From the NCBI GenBank assembly GCA_020721805.1, contig DYMB01000007.1, positions 30,307-94,306 on the forward strand: 64,000 nt of DNA, read 5' to 3'. This DNA is from Acetofilamentum sp. (lineage in GTDB: Bacteria; Hydrothermota; 32-111). The notes under the pieces are model-generated. The model did not search any database. It had not been told where the DNA came from and worked only from the letters and a program-made list of their open reading frames with translations. Shown here piece by piece: positions 29,127 to 39,514 of the stretch; positions within the stretch are counted from its first letter, which is position 1; each line of letters starts with the position of its first letter. The position numbers and the translations under genes are program-made.

Positions 29127-30138
29127 AGTTTAACACTTTTTTAACTTTTTCGTTTAAATCGTATTCTATTTTCTTATTTTTGTTTTCAGCACCCAAAAGT
29201 TTGTTTATTCCCTCTAAAATATTTTTTTCGTTTATTTTGTTTTCTCTTATAACGATAATATCATTTTTATCGAAATCCATTTTTTTAATATTTTTAAACT
29301 GTTCCTTATTTGATGCAGTTTCGTATGGGATGAATATAGCTTTCTTTTTCAAAATCTTAATCTCGGCTGTTGTCATAGCGCCACTCCTTGAAATGATAAG
29401 GTCTGATATATGATACAAAAAACCCATATTTTCATAAAATGGAAGAACGATAAACTCTTTATGATCTTTGAAATACTCAAAATGATTTCCGGCTATTATA
29501 ATTATGTTGAATCTATCTTTAACTTTGACAAGTATATTTGAAAGTTTCCTTGTTAGATATTTTGCGCCCTGACTACCACCTGATACGAGTATGGTATTTT
29601 TGCTTTTATCAATATGTATTTTTTCATCTGAAGAGAAATTGAAAATATTTTCTCTTAAAACATGACCTGTATATACTATTTTTCTGTTATCAACATATCT
29701 GAAGGGTGGATAGAAACCAGTGAAAATTTTATAAGCGAACCTTGAAAGAATCCGATTCGTTTTACCGATGACAGCATCCTGTTCGATTATTAGGATCTTT
29801 TTTGATTTTATGATGGCCGCTATTCCGACAGGTAGAGAAAGATAGTTTCCCGTTAGAACAACAGTCTGAGGTTTTATTTCATCTATTATCTTTATCGATT
29901 CGTAAAGCAGAGAAGGAAAAATAAAAATATATTTTACAGGATCAAAGTGTCCAACTTTCAAGATGAAAGGTTTGATGTTAAACTTTTCATAAATCATTTT
30001 TTCAATCTTTCTATTTCCGCATATAAAGTAAATTCCATAATTTTCCATTTTTTGAAATAAAGTGATAGCCGGTATTATATGTCCTCCAGTTCCTCCAGCA
30101 CAGATTAAAATCGTATAAGAGTTTTTAATATCTTTCAT
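29119..30138 (-). CDS. murG: undecaprenyldiphospho-muramoylpentapeptide beta-N-acetylglucosaminyltransferase
   Basis: CAGGTGGHIIPA and VSGGSQGA...SRSGAMTTAE. Confidence 0.9.
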   Translation of the reverse strand: MKDIKNSYTILICAGGTGGHIIPAITLFQKMENYGIYFICGNRKIEKMIYEKFNIKPFILKVGHFDPVKYIFIFPSLLYESIKIIDEIKPQTVVLTGNYLSLPVGIAAIIKSKKILIIEQDAVIGKTNRILSRFAYKIFTGFYPPFRYVDNRKIVYTGHVLRENIFNFSSDEKIHIDKSKNTILVSGGSQGAKYLTRKLSNILVKVKDRFNIIIIAGNHFEYFKDHKEFIVLPFYENMGFLYHISDLIISRSGAMTTAEIKILKKKAIFIPYETASNKEQFKNIKKMDFDKNDIIVIRENKINEKNILEGINKLLGAENKNKKIEYDLNEKVKKVLNYV

Positions 30139-31195
30139 TTTCCTTCTCGATATTTGCTAAAAACCCAAGAAGAACAAGCGTTATCAACATAGATGTCCCA
30201 CCGTAAGAGATAAGGGGCAAAGAAACTCCAGTTGAAGGTAAAACCTGTAAAGAGATGGCTATGTGAAACAACGCTTTTAAAAAGATTATAAAGGATATTG
30301 AAAAAGCAAGTATGTAGTAAAATCTGCTATAGCCATATGCTTTTGTGGAAACATTTTTTCCAAGGATGAAAAGGTATGAATAGAGAATTATAACAAGCAT
30401 ACTTCCAACAAAACCTGTTTCTTCCGCTATGGTTGTGAAAATATAATCACTTTGAATTTCAGGTATGAAAAGAAGTTTCATCTGGCCTGAACCTATTCCT
30501 CTTCCCAGCAAGCCCCCATTTGCTATGGCGAGAATCGAATTGCTAATCTGTGATTGTTCCGGGACTTTGTTAAAAAACATTTTTATTCTCATTAAAGCGT
30601 GAGGATATCGGATTATTATAAAAGGCATCATAATAAAGGATAGTAAAAGGATAGAAAGGGTATCCCCGGTGGGAAGATCGCTGTAAATCATTATCACCAA
30701 AAGCAATATCATGATCGTTAAGGCATAGGATATGTTTGGCTCTATGGCAATAAGAAAAATTATGATCAGGGATAGCAATATCGGAATAATAATATCAGTG
30801 TGATTTTTTATATTTGAAAACTTTTTTGCAAGATAAAGTATCATGGACATCTCGGCAAATTCTGAAGGCTGAATTGAGAAACCTGAGAATCTTAACCATC
30901 TTTTCGCTCCGTTAATAGGTTTTGTGAAAAGAACTATGATCAAAAGAATTATGGATAATATCATTAATGTTAAAAATGTTTTTTCTGATATCCTTCTTAT
31001 ATCAATATTACTTATCATAATAGCCAGGAGTATACTTATCATTATCCATATACTCTGTTTGATCAAAAAATAGTATGGATTATTTTTGAAATATTTACTC
31101 TGATAACCCAAAAATGTTGTTGCGGATGTTAGCATAACGATTCCAACTACAAGTAAAATGATTATGATGAAATAGATTCTATGAAGTTCTTTCAT
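30125..31195 (-). CDS. ftsW: SEDS-family peptidoglycan polymerase FtsW
   Basis: About 10 TM segments, RWLRFSGFSIQPSEFAE, PEIQSDYIFTTIAEE and LPLISYGGTSM. Confidence 0.9.
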   Translation of the reverse strand: MKELHRIYFIIIILLVVGIVMLTSATTFLGYQSKYFKNNPYYFLIKQSIWIMISILLAIMISNIDIRRISEKTFLTLMILSIILLIIVLFTKPINGAKRWLRFSGFSIQPSEFAEMSMILYLAKKFSNIKNHTDIIIPILLSLIIIFLIAIEPNISYALTIMILLLVIMIYSDLPTGDTLSILLLSFIMMPFIIIRYPHALMRIKMFFNKVPEQSQISNSILAIANGGLLGRGIGSGQMKLLFIPEIQSDYIFTTIAEETGFVGSMLVIILYSYLFILGKNVSTKAYGYSRFYYILAFSISFIIFLKALFHIAISLQVLPSTGVSLPLISYGGTSMLITLVLLGFLANIEKENERY

Positions 31196-32534
31196 ATTTT
31201 TTCAAGATCTCTTTAAATTTGTTTCCTCTATCCATAAAATTTTTAAACATATCGAAAGAACTGAAACCCGGGGAAAAATTGACGATTCCATTATCCTCTT
31301 TAACTTCTAAACTTTTCTTAATTGCATCCTCAAGGGAATCCGCAAGAAAAAATTTTTTATAACCATTCTTTAACAATTTTTCCTCTATCAAATTTTTAAC
31401 CTCTCCCAGTATTATGGCAAAACCTGCATATTCTATTATCGTTTGAATTATTTCATCTATGTTGATATTCTTATTCTTTCCTCCAAGTATGATAGTCTGA
31501 CCTTTGCCGAAAGTTTCAATCGATGTTTTAAACGCTTGTGGATTTGTGCACATTGAGTTGTTGTAAACTTTCTTGTTGTTAAAAGTTCCGACATATTCCA
31601 GTCTATGTTCCATACCTTTTAACATTGCAAAACTTTTTTCTGAAAAATTTATTTTAAAATCACATATCAAATATGTTGCCAGTAGTGCAAAGGTGAGATT
31701 TAAGAGATTATGTTTACCGGGAAGAACAAAATCTTTATAGTCAAAACTCTTTCTTTCTTTTCCATACTGCAGGATTATATTCTGATCTTTAACATAACCA
31801 CCATTAACCTCTTCTTTTAGAGAGACGAATAGGGTATTATCATCTTTATAATTCTTCATGTAAGGATTGTCATAGTTTAAAATCTTGAAACCATCGTTTT
31901 TTATGTTTTTAAGAAGTTTTAATTTTGTGTTGAGGTAGGATTCAAAATCATTATATCTATCAAGATGATCCTCTGAAATGGTTGTGATGATACCTATATT
32001 GGGAGAAAACTTACTGATATTTTCTATTTGAAAAGATGATATCTCCACAACGATTATTGAATCTTTTGGTGGTTCACTTATAACTATTTCACTAAGAGTC
32101 TTCCCCGGGCTTATGTTTCCTCCAAGTAAGGCATGTTTTCCATTGAGTTTTAGAAGTTGGTATGTTAGATACGCTGTTGTTGATTTACCGTTTGTCCCTG
32201 TAATAGCGATTATTTTGTTCTTTAAAAATCTTGAAGCGATTTCGATTTCAGATAACACTGGTATTTTTATTTTTTTTGCTTCCTGAACAATTTTCAGACT
32301 ACTATCAACACCCGGACTGATAACGATCACATCGTTTTGTAATAACCTGTCAGAGTGACCTATCTCATAATTTATGTTATAATCCGCTATAATTTTCAAC
32401 TGTTCTTTTGAAAGAGGTTTATCGTTGCTGATAAAAATTTTAGCACCTTTTGCCTTGAGCAGTTTCGAAATATTCTGTCCGCTTTTACCAAAACCGATTA
32501 TACCAATGTTTTTATAACTTATATCCATAATCAC
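31179..32534 (-). CDS. murD: UDP-N-acetylmuramoylalanine--D-glutamate ligase
   Basis: GIIGFGKSG, ITGTNGKSTT, and its position between mraY and ftsW. Confidence 0.9.
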   Translation of the reverse strand: MIMDISYKNIGIIGFGKSGQNISKLLKAKGAKIFISNDKPLSKEQLKIIADYNINYEIGHSDRLLQNDVIVISPGVDSSLKIVQEAKKIKIPVLSEIEIASRFLKNKIIAITGTNGKSTTAYLTYQLLKLNGKHALLGGNISPGKTLSEIVISEPPKDSIIVVEISSFQIENISKFSPNIGIITTISEDHLDRYNDFESYLNTKLKLLKNIKNDGFKILNYDNPYMKNYKDDNTLFVSLKEEVNGGYVKDQNIILQYGKERKSFDYKDFVLPGKHNLLNLTFALLATYLICDFKINFSEKSFAMLKGMEHRLEYVGTFNNKKVYNNSMCTNPQAFKTSIETFGKGQTIILGGKNKNINIDEIIQTIIEYAGFAIILGEVKNLIEEKLLKNGYKKFFLADSLEDAIKKSLEVKEDNGIVNFSPGFSSFDMFKNFMDRGNKFKEILKKYERTS

Positions 32535-33604
32535 CTTATCTTTAAAGTACTCAGGGCTATCAATACAAAAATGATCGTTACTATCCAGAATCTTATAACT
32601 ATCTTTGTCTCTGGAATTCCGCTTAACTCAAAATGATGATGTAATGGTGCCATTTTAAAAATTCTTTTTCCGTGTGTGATTCTGAAATAAAAAATCTGTA
32701 TCAAAGAAGATATTGCCTCTATGGCAAATAGCATTCCACCTATGAGTAAAAGAATTTCCTGTTTGGAGAGAATGGCAATGGTTGCGAGTATTCCTCCGAG
32801 TGTTATGGAACCTGAGTCTCCCATAAAAATTTCAGCAGGATGGGAATTAAACCAGAGAAAACCAAGACAGGATGCGGCTGTTGTTAGAGAGTAGATGGAT
32901 AGTTCACCGATCTCTTTTATATAGAGTATGTTTAAATAGTTGCTGAAAATTTTGTTTCCAGAAATGTATGTTATTACGGCAAAAAGTGAAAAGACTATGG
33001 CGAGCATTCCTGAAGCAAGGCCATCAAGTCCATCCGCAAGATTCACCGCATTCGATGTTCCAAAAATAACAAGTATTATGAACGGAAGATAGAAAAAGGA
33101 AAGATTTATCAGGATATTTTTTATAAAAAGGATATTGGTCATAGTTTTAAAATTTGAATAGACTTGATTCTTCGTTAAAAATATAAATACCAGGATCGCG
33201 ATTAAAAATTGAAAAAAGAGTTTATAACGAGGGATCAACCCTTTTTTGTTTTTTAATTTTAAAATATCATCGACAAAACCGAGTAGGAAAAATAAAAATG
33301 TTATCAGTAACATAAATGAAATAAAATCGTTTGAAAGATCCGCCCATAAAATGTTTCCAAGAATTATTGAAAAAAAGATTATGATTCCCCCCATAGTTGG
33401 TGTTCCGGCTTTTTTAAAGTGTTGTTGTGGTCCATCTTTTCTTATGTTTTCTGTTATGGAGTATTTTTTTAATAAATTGATCAGATTTTTGCCAAATGAT
33501 GAAATAAAAAGCAAAGATGTTATAGCCGACATCGCTGCTCTGAAAGTTATATATTTGAACAAAGAGATATCTGGAAAAACGACTGTTAAAATTTTATAGA
33601 TCAT
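32531..33604 (-). CDS. mraY: phospho-N-acetylmuramoyl-pentapeptide transferase
   Basis: KAGTPTMGG, NAVNLADGLDGLA, GDSGS and APLHHHFELSG. Confidence 0.95.
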   Translation of the reverse strand: MIYKILTVVFPDISLFKYITFRAAMSAITSLLFISSFGKNLINLLKKYSITENIRKDGPQQHFKKAGTPTMGGIIIFFSIILGNILWADLSNDFISFMLLITFLFFLLGFVDDILKLKNKKGLIPRYKLFFQFLIAILVFIFLTKNQVYSNFKTMTNILFIKNILINLSFFYLPFIILVIFGTSNAVNLADGLDGLASGMLAIVFSLFAVITYISGNKIFSNYLNILYIKEIGELSIYSLTTAASCLGFLWFNSHPAEIFMGDSGSITLGGILATIAILSKQEILLLIGGMLFAIEAISSLIQIFYFRITHGKRIFKMAPLHHHFELSGIPETKIVIRFWIVTIIFVLIALSTLKIR

Positions 33605-34937
33605 GGATCTCTTCCTTTAATTTTTTAGTTACAGTATCCATTCTAAACATATGTGAACCTTTTATGAGTATTGTATCTTTATCTTTTATTATGGTTTTCA
33701 AAAAATCTGTTAACTCTTCTTTATCTGTAAAATGGTATTTTTCCTTTTTAAAAATTTCATTCATAATTTTTGAAAATTCTCCAAGAGTTATCAATATATC
33801 TATATTTTTTTTATTCAAAAGATTACCTATCTGTAGATGATAATTTTCAGATTCTTTTCCAAGTTCCAGCATATCCGCAAGAACGGCTATTTTTCTTGTA
33901 TTGAATTTTGACAGGACTTCTATCGCATTTTCCATAGATGCTGGATTCGCGTTGTAGGAATCATCTATAATGGTTATATTACCATGAGTGAAAACATTCA
34001 TCCTGCTTTGAGTTATCGAAAAGTTTTCCAGTGCTTTGTTGGGATCGACCGGAATAGTTTGTCCAAAATATTTTTTTAATGTTATCAACGCCAGTAAAGA
34101 GTATATACCACCGATTCCCGGGATCTTTATTTTATATTCGATCCCATCGATCTTTAAAATCGAGTAAAAATTGTAAAGTTCAAATTTATCAGGATAAACA
34201 TCATTATGGTTATTCAACCCATAACTTATGTATTTAATATTGGAGGGTATTTTTGATAAAACATATGGATTGTCTCCATTTATCAAAATTGGATTTATAT
34301 TTTTATAACCTTTGAATATCTCAAATTTAGCTTCCACGAGTTGATCAAACGATTCGAAATTTCCTATATGGGATTGGTTTATTGAAGTTATTATGATTAT
34401 ATCGGGAGAAACCGTCTCGCTCAATATGGAAAGTTCATTCTTCTGGTTCATTCCAAGTTCAAGGACAAGATACTTTGTATTCTTTTCAACATTAAAAATG
34501 TTTATGGGGACACCTATCAGATTGTTCATATTTCCTTTTGTTGCAATGGTAATTTTTTTTTCAAGCGAAGAAAAAAGAAGATCCTTTGTTGTTGTTTTTC
34601 CATTTGAACCTGTTATTGCTATCTTTATTAGTTTAAATTTTTTCAAATATTCACGGGCTAGGGAATTCAACGCTGTTAGATTGTTTTTAACCATTACAGC
34701 TGGATATTTTATATCTTCCCTTTCGGTCAAGAAAAGGACTGCACCTTTTTTGAAACTTTCTTCAACAAAATCATATCCGTTAAAATGTTCACCCTTTAAA
34801 GGGACAAAAAGAGAATTCAATTTTATTTCTCTTGAATCTATAAAGATATTTTCTACCACGATCTCTTGATTACTTTCAATATTGATGATTCTTCCGGATG
34901 TTGATTTTACAATAAAATTTAAATTGATCCTTTCCAT
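33594..34937 (-). CDS. murF: UDP-N-acetylmuramoyl-tripeptide--D-alanyl-D-alanine ligase
   Basis: ITGSNGKTTTKD and DDSYNANPASM, in dcw order. Confidence 0.9.
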   Translation of the reverse strand: MERINLNFIVKSTSGRIINIESNQEIVVENIFIDSREIKLNSLFVPLKGEHFNGYDFVEESFKKGAVLFLTEREDIKYPAVMVKNNLTALNSLAREYLKKFKLIKIAITGSNGKTTTKDLLFSSLEKKITIATKGNMNNLIGVPINIFNVEKNTKYLVLELGMNQKNELSILSETVSPDIIIITSINQSHIGNFESFDQLVEAKFEIFKGYKNINPILINGDNPYVLSKIPSNIKYISYGLNNHNDVYPDKFELYNFYSILKIDGIEYKIKIPGIGGIYSLLALITLKKYFGQTIPVDPNKALENFSITQSRMNVFTHGNITIIDDSYNANPASMENAIEVLSKFNTRKIAVLADMLELGKESENYHLQIGNLLNKKNIDILITLGEFSKIMNEIFKKEKYHFTDKEELTDFLKTIIKDKDTILIKGSHMFRMDTVTKKLKEEIHDL

Positions 34938-34938
34938 A

Positions 34939-36387
34939 TTATTTTAACAAATTTTTAACCATTTCGGCATCATCGAAATGATATTTTTTATTTCCAATAA
35001 TTTGGTAGTCTTCATGTCCTTTGCCGGCTATTATTATAGAATCATTCTCTTTTGCAATGGAGAATGCTTTTTTTATCGCATTGCTTCTATTTATCTCAAC
35101 AATGTAGTTTCTTTCGCTTATTCCTTTAACGATCTCTTTAATTATCTCTAAAGGATCCTCTGTTCTGGGATTATCGGATGTTATTATTAGATTTTTTGAC
35201 AGATGGGAAGCGATTTTTCCCATAAGTGGTCTTTTGGCTTTATCCCTATCCCCACCACAACCAAAAACGGTTATAATTTTTCCAGTGGTAAGTCTTTTAA
35301 TTGTCTTTATCAATCTTTCAAGTGAATCGGGTGTGTGAGCGTAATCTACAATTACATTGAAACCTCTTTTATCATGATAGATCTCAAATCTTCCTTTTAT
35401 AGGATGAGTATTCTTTATCCCTCTGATTATATTCTCAACATTTATTTTTAAGGAGAGACAAACGAGAAATGCAGCTGTGATATTATAAATATTTTGTTCA
35501 CCGATCAGTTTTGTTTCGATATGATATTCATTCTTTTCCTGTCTATCCAATATTGTAAAAGAGGATCCCTTTAAAGATATTTTCTCTATTTTTACATTAA
35601 ATCTTGAATCTTTGTTTCTGATTCCAAAAGTATATATATTTCGTGTATTTGATTTTTCAACAAAAAATTTTGCATATTCATCGTCAAGATTGATTATACT
35701 GCTTCCATCTTCTTTAACGAGGGAAAAAAGTGCTAACTTTGAATCTCTATAATCTTCCATAGTTTTATGAAAATCGAGATGATCATGTGTTAAATTTGTA
35801 AAAACAACGGAATCGAAATCCATACCGTTTATTCTTTTAAGTTTTAAGCCGTGACTTGAGACCTCCATAATTGCGAAGTTTACATTTTTATCTACCATCT
35901 CTTTGAAAATTTTTAAAAGTAGGATAGTGTTTGGAGTTGTGTTTATAGATTGAAACTCTTTATCATCTATTATAGTTTTGATCGTTCCGATCAGGCCAGT
36001 TTTATAATCTATATCAAGAATGTTTTTTATCAAAAATGTTGTTGTTGTTTTTCCATTCGTACCGGTTACTCCGATTATTTTAACTTTTTTAAAAGGATCA
36101 TCGTAAAATCTTTTTCCGATTTCTAAGATATCATTTTTCGGATCGTGAGAGATTAAAATGGGAAGATTATTTTTTAATTTTAAGTTTTCTTCAGTTAAAA
36201 CTGCAACAGCACCTTTCTTTATCGCTTCATCTATAAAATTTTTTCCATCCACCCTGTTTCCTTTTAACGCGATAAAAAGGGAACCTTTTTTTACCTCTCT
36301 TGAATCATCGGTTAAATCAGTTATTTGAAGATTTTTAAAATTGACAATATCCATCTGTAAATTATTTATCAATTCTTTTAATTCCAT
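34939..36387 (-). CDS. murE: UDP-N-acetylmuramoyl-L-alanyl-D-glutamate--2,6-diaminopimelate (or lysine) ligase
   Basis: VTGTNGKTTTT, VDYAHTPDSL, GCGGDRDKAKRP and TSDNPRTEDP. Confidence 0.93.
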   Translation of the reverse strand: MELKELINNLQMDIVNFKNLQITDLTDDSREVKKGSLFIALKGNRVDGKNFIDEAIKKGAVAVLTEENLKLKNNLPILISHDPKNDILEIGKRFYDDPFKKVKIIGVTGTNGKTTTTFLIKNILDIDYKTGLIGTIKTIIDDKEFQSINTTPNTILLLKIFKEMVDKNVNFAIMEVSSHGLKLKRINGMDFDSVVFTNLTHDHLDFHKTMEDYRDSKLALFSLVKEDGSSIINLDDEYAKFFVEKSNTRNIYTFGIRNKDSRFNVKIEKISLKGSSFTILDRQEKNEYHIETKLIGEQNIYNITAAFLVCLSLKINVENIIRGIKNTHPIKGRFEIYHDKRGFNVIVDYAHTPDSLERLIKTIKRLTTGKIITVFGCGGDRDKAKRPLMGKIASHLSKNLIITSDNPRTEDPLEIIKEIVKGISERNYIVEINRSNAIKKAFSIAKENDSIIIAGKGHEDYQIIGNKKYHFDDAEMVKNLLK

Positions 36388-38096
36388 TTTTGAACCTTTT
36401 CCCCTTCTTTTTTAACGAAATATCTAAAGTCGTTAAAATTTACAATTCTTTTTACCATTTCGGCAAACATGGGAGCGGTAATTTCGCTTGCCCAGTATTG
36501 AGTCTTTGGCTCATCTATTAAGGTTAATATTGTAAATTTAGGATTTTCCACAGGGAAAAAACCAACAAAGGTTGATATGTAGTATCCTTTTACATATCCT
36601 TTATTTTCAATATATTTTTCTGCCGTTCCGGTCTTTCCAGCGATCTCTATTCCTTCAACTTTTGCTTTAACACCGGTTCCATTCTTCACTATATCCGCAA
36701 GAAGGATCTTTAACAGGTTGGCTATTTGTTCATCTGTAACTCTCTTTGAAATATTTTTGACATAGGGTTTATTGTTAACACTCTTTATTATTTTGGGATT
36801 TACATAGATTCCCTTGTTTGCGATGGAGTTGTATGCTGCTATCAAATGTAATGCTGTTATACTCAATCCCTGCCCAAAACAGATCGTTGAAAAATTTATC
36901 TCCCTGCATCTTTCAATTGGAGGTATCAATCCTTTTTGTTCACCCAGAAATCCCGATCCCGTTTTAGAATAAAAATTGAAATCTTTTATTTTATCAAAGA
37001 TTTTTTTTCTTCCTATCCTTTTACCTAACTTTACAAAACCGATGTTGCTTGATTTGAGAAAAGCATCTTTAAAACTCAACTTTCCGAAATCGTGGGAATC
37101 CGTTATTCTTTTTTTCGAAATTATCAGCGTGTCCTCATTTTCCTCCTTCACGATAAAAGATGTATCTATTTTTTCTTCAAGTGCAGATGTTGCAATGATA
37201 AGTTTAAAGACTGAACCCGGTTCAAAAAGTTTTGTTGCAGCATAATTGGAATATGTTGATAGATCGCCCATAGCGTGTAAGTTTGAATTATACGATGGAT
37301 ATTCGGATACCGAATACAACTCTCCGGTTTCAGTTTCCATAACTATCACCATCGCTTTTTTTGCATTAAATTTTTCACAAAATTCTTTAGCGATATTGTA
37401 TCCAGCCTCCTGAAATCTTTCATCTATGGTCAAAACGATATTTTTTCCATTTTTTGTTGGTTTATCCTTATTTAAAGGGTGTTTGTAAATTTTTCCGTTT
37501 GGTTTTTTTTGATAGGAAACATATCCGTTTTTACCCTTTAAAATTTTTTCGAATTTGTATTCGAGTCCTTCCAAACCTCTGTCATCAATACCTACAAAAC
37601 CAACAACATTTGAGACGATTTCAGGTTTGTTATAGAATCTTATCTTTTCCTTTTTAATGATTATCGAACTGTATCTATTCATCATCTTCAAAGCGATATC
37701 TTCGTTTATGTTATATGCTATCGGTATCCATTCAGATTTTGAATTCAATTTGTTAAGGATTGAACTGTAATCCAATATACCGTTATCAGCTATTATGTTC
37801 GCAACATCGTTTTTGTTTCTTATCATCTGTTTAGAAACATAAAGGTTGTAAGCATCTATGTTCGTTGCCATCGGGTTACCGTTCCTGTCTAAAAAATATC
37901 CTCTATCAGCTTTTACATAAAATTTAACGATACTTTTGTTTTCAAGTTTTTCGTAAAGTGAATAATGTTGAATTATCTGTTTATAAAAAAGGTTTATGGT
38001 TAAAAATATTACGAAGATCATGGTTGAATAACTTATCAAATTTTTAAAAAATCTGTTAAAACTTTTTTCTTTTTTATTTTTCATAAAACCATTCAT
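36378..38096 (-). CDS. ftsI: class B penicillin-binding protein / peptidoglycan D,D-transpeptidase FtsI
   Basis: N-terminal TM segment. SxxK (PGSVFK), SxN (KSSNIG) and KTG (AGKTGTAE) motifs. Confidence 0.9.
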   Translation of the reverse strand: MNGFMKNKKEKSFNRFFKNLISYSTMIFVIFLTINLFYKQIIQHYSLYEKLENKSIVKFYVKADRGYFLDRNGNPMATNIDAYNLYVSKQMIRNKNDVANIIADNGILDYSSILNKLNSKSEWIPIAYNINEDIALKMMNRYSSIIIKKEKIRFYNKPEIVSNVVGFVGIDDRGLEGLEYKFEKILKGKNGYVSYQKKPNGKIYKHPLNKDKPTKNGKNIVLTIDERFQEAGYNIAKEFCEKFNAKKAMVIVMETETGELYSVSEYPSYNSNLHAMGDLSTYSNYAATKLFEPGSVFKLIIATSALEEKIDTSFIVKEENEDTLIISKKRITDSHDFGKLSFKDAFLKSSNIGFVKLGKRIGRKKIFDKIKDFNFYSKTGSGFLGEQKGLIPPIERCREINFSTICFGQGLSITALHLIAAYNSIANKGIYVNPKIIKSVNNKPYVKNISKRVTDEQIANLLKILLADIVKNGTGVKAKVEGIEIAGKTGTAEKYIENKGYVKGYYISTFVGFFPVENPKFTILTLIDEPKTQYWASEITAPMFAEMVKRIVNFNDFRYFVKKEGEKVQKWN

Positions 38097-38331
38097 AATC
38101 TTTTCCGGAAGGGTATCTTAAATTTAAAGTTTCCTGTGCATATTTTTCCAGTCTGGTTATGGATTGAAGATTTTCGATTTTCAAACGGAGTAGTGTATTG
38201 TTTCTGTTTATTTTTTTAAGTTCCCCTTTCAACTTATCGTTTTTATTTGTCGTATCGAGGATCAGAAACCTTGAGATTGGAAAAAGAAGAAGAAAAACAA
38301 GTATGAATACGATTAACAAAATGTTTTTCAT
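38074..38331 (-). CDS. ftsL: cell division protein FtsL-like
   Basis: 85 aa with a single TM plus coiled coil (LLRLKIENLQSITRLEKYAQETLNL). Canonical slot between rsmH and ftsI. Confidence 0.65.
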   Translation of the reverse strand: MKNILLIVFILVFLLLFPISRFLILDTTNKNDKLKGELKKINRNNTLLRLKIENLQSITRLEKYAQETLNLRYPSGKDYEWFYEK

Positions 38332-39173
38332 ATTCTTTCAAAGACTCTCATTTTTGCGGATCTGGATCTTTTGTTTCTCTTTATTTCATCATATGATGGT
38401 TTGATAACTTTTTTGTTGATCGGATAAAAATCTTTTGTGGTTTTGATAAAGTTTTTTACGATCCTGTCTTCCAGAGAATGGTAAGAGATTACAACTATTC
38501 TGCAGCCTTTGTTTGTCATCGTGTGTAATCTTTCCAGAAGTGTTTGCAGTGAATTCAATTCATCGTTAACAAAAATTCTAAAAGCCATGAAAACTCTTTT
38601 CAAACTTCTTTGAACATCTTTTCCATTTTTTGCCTTTATTATCGAATCTTTTAAATCAAAAGTCGTTTTCATCTGATCATTTCTAAATCTTTTTATTATC
38701 TCTTTTGCAATATTATAAGAATCGTACTCTTCAGAATAGTTTTTGATTATACCGGAAAGTTCTTCCGCATTCATTTTCATCAATTGTAAAATTTTGTTTT
38801 CCTCATCCGTATCCATTCTAAAATCAAGTGGAGCGTTAAATCTGTAAGAGAATCCTCTCTCGGGTCGATCGAACTGTAAAGAGGAGACACCCAGATCGAC
38901 TAAAATACCATCCGCTTTTAAATCAAAAATAAAATCTTTAAAATTTATTTTATAGATCATAACATTTTTATAGTTTGAAAAACTTTGTTTTAAAAATTCT
39001 ACAGAGATCGGATCCCTATCAACAAGAATCAATTTTCCCTTTTCGGAAATCTTTTCTAAAATCTTTTTAGAATGTCCACCGAATCCCGCCGTAAGATCAA
39101 TGTAAACACCATCTTCCCGTATATTCAAGTATTTGATAACCTGGTCAACCATTACGGCAAGATGCATAATCAA
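38328..39173 (-). CDS. rsmH: 16S rRNA (cytosine1402-N4)-methyltransferase RsmH/MraW
   Basis: YIDLTAGFGGHS, VDLGVSSLQFD and ISYHSLEDRIVK. Confidence 0.93.
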   Translation of the reverse strand: MIMHLAVMVDQVIKYLNIREDGVYIDLTAGFGGHSKKILEKISEKGKLILVDRDPISVEFLKQSFSNYKNVMIYKINFKDFIFDLKADGILVDLGVSSLQFDRPERGFSYRFNAPLDFRMDTDEENKILQLMKMNAEELSGIIKNYSEEYDSYNIAKEIIKRFRNDQMKTTFDLKDSIIKAKNGKDVQRSLKRVFMAFRIFVNDELNSLQTLLERLHTMTNKGCRIVVISYHSLEDRIVKNFIKTTKDFYPINKKVIKPSYDEIKRNKRSRSAKMRVFERI

Positions 39174-39514
39174 ATTTTTAATTCTATGATATTTCTTGCT
39201 GAAATGAGATCCTTTGTTGTATCGTAAACTATATCATAATCAAAGAACGATATTATCGTTAATATGTATGGATCTTTACATACGATCTTTAAAGGTAGAC
39301 ATCTTTGAAGGAATAATCTCTTTATCCCTCTTAAGAGTAATCCAATTTTATAATGTGAATTTTTTAAATTTCTAAAATCTATGATCAAGGGCTTATCTTC
39401 GTTAGCAAGTGATTGGAGAACCTGTTTTAATTCTTTGATATCTTCAAAAGATACATTTCCGGAAACTTTTAAAAGAGCGTATGATGACTTCTTATCAACA
39501 TATATTTTCATCAT
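39170..39514 (-). CDS. STAS-domain-like protein (anti-sigma-factor-antagonist fold?) inserted in the dcw operon
   Basis: The 114-aa sequence follows the SpoIIAA/STAS layout. A beta-strand LLKVSGNVSFEDIKELKQVL is followed by PLIIDFRNLKNSHYKIGLLL, then LPLKIVCKDPYILTIISFF. ATGA-type 4-nt overlaps link it to both mraZ and rsmH. Confidence 0.45.
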   Translation of the reverse strand: MMKIYVDKKSSYALLKVSGNVSFEDIKELKQVLQSLANEDKPLIIDFRNLKNSHYKIGLLLRGIKRLFLQRCLPLKIVCKDPYILTIISFFDYDIVYDTTKDLISARNIIELKI

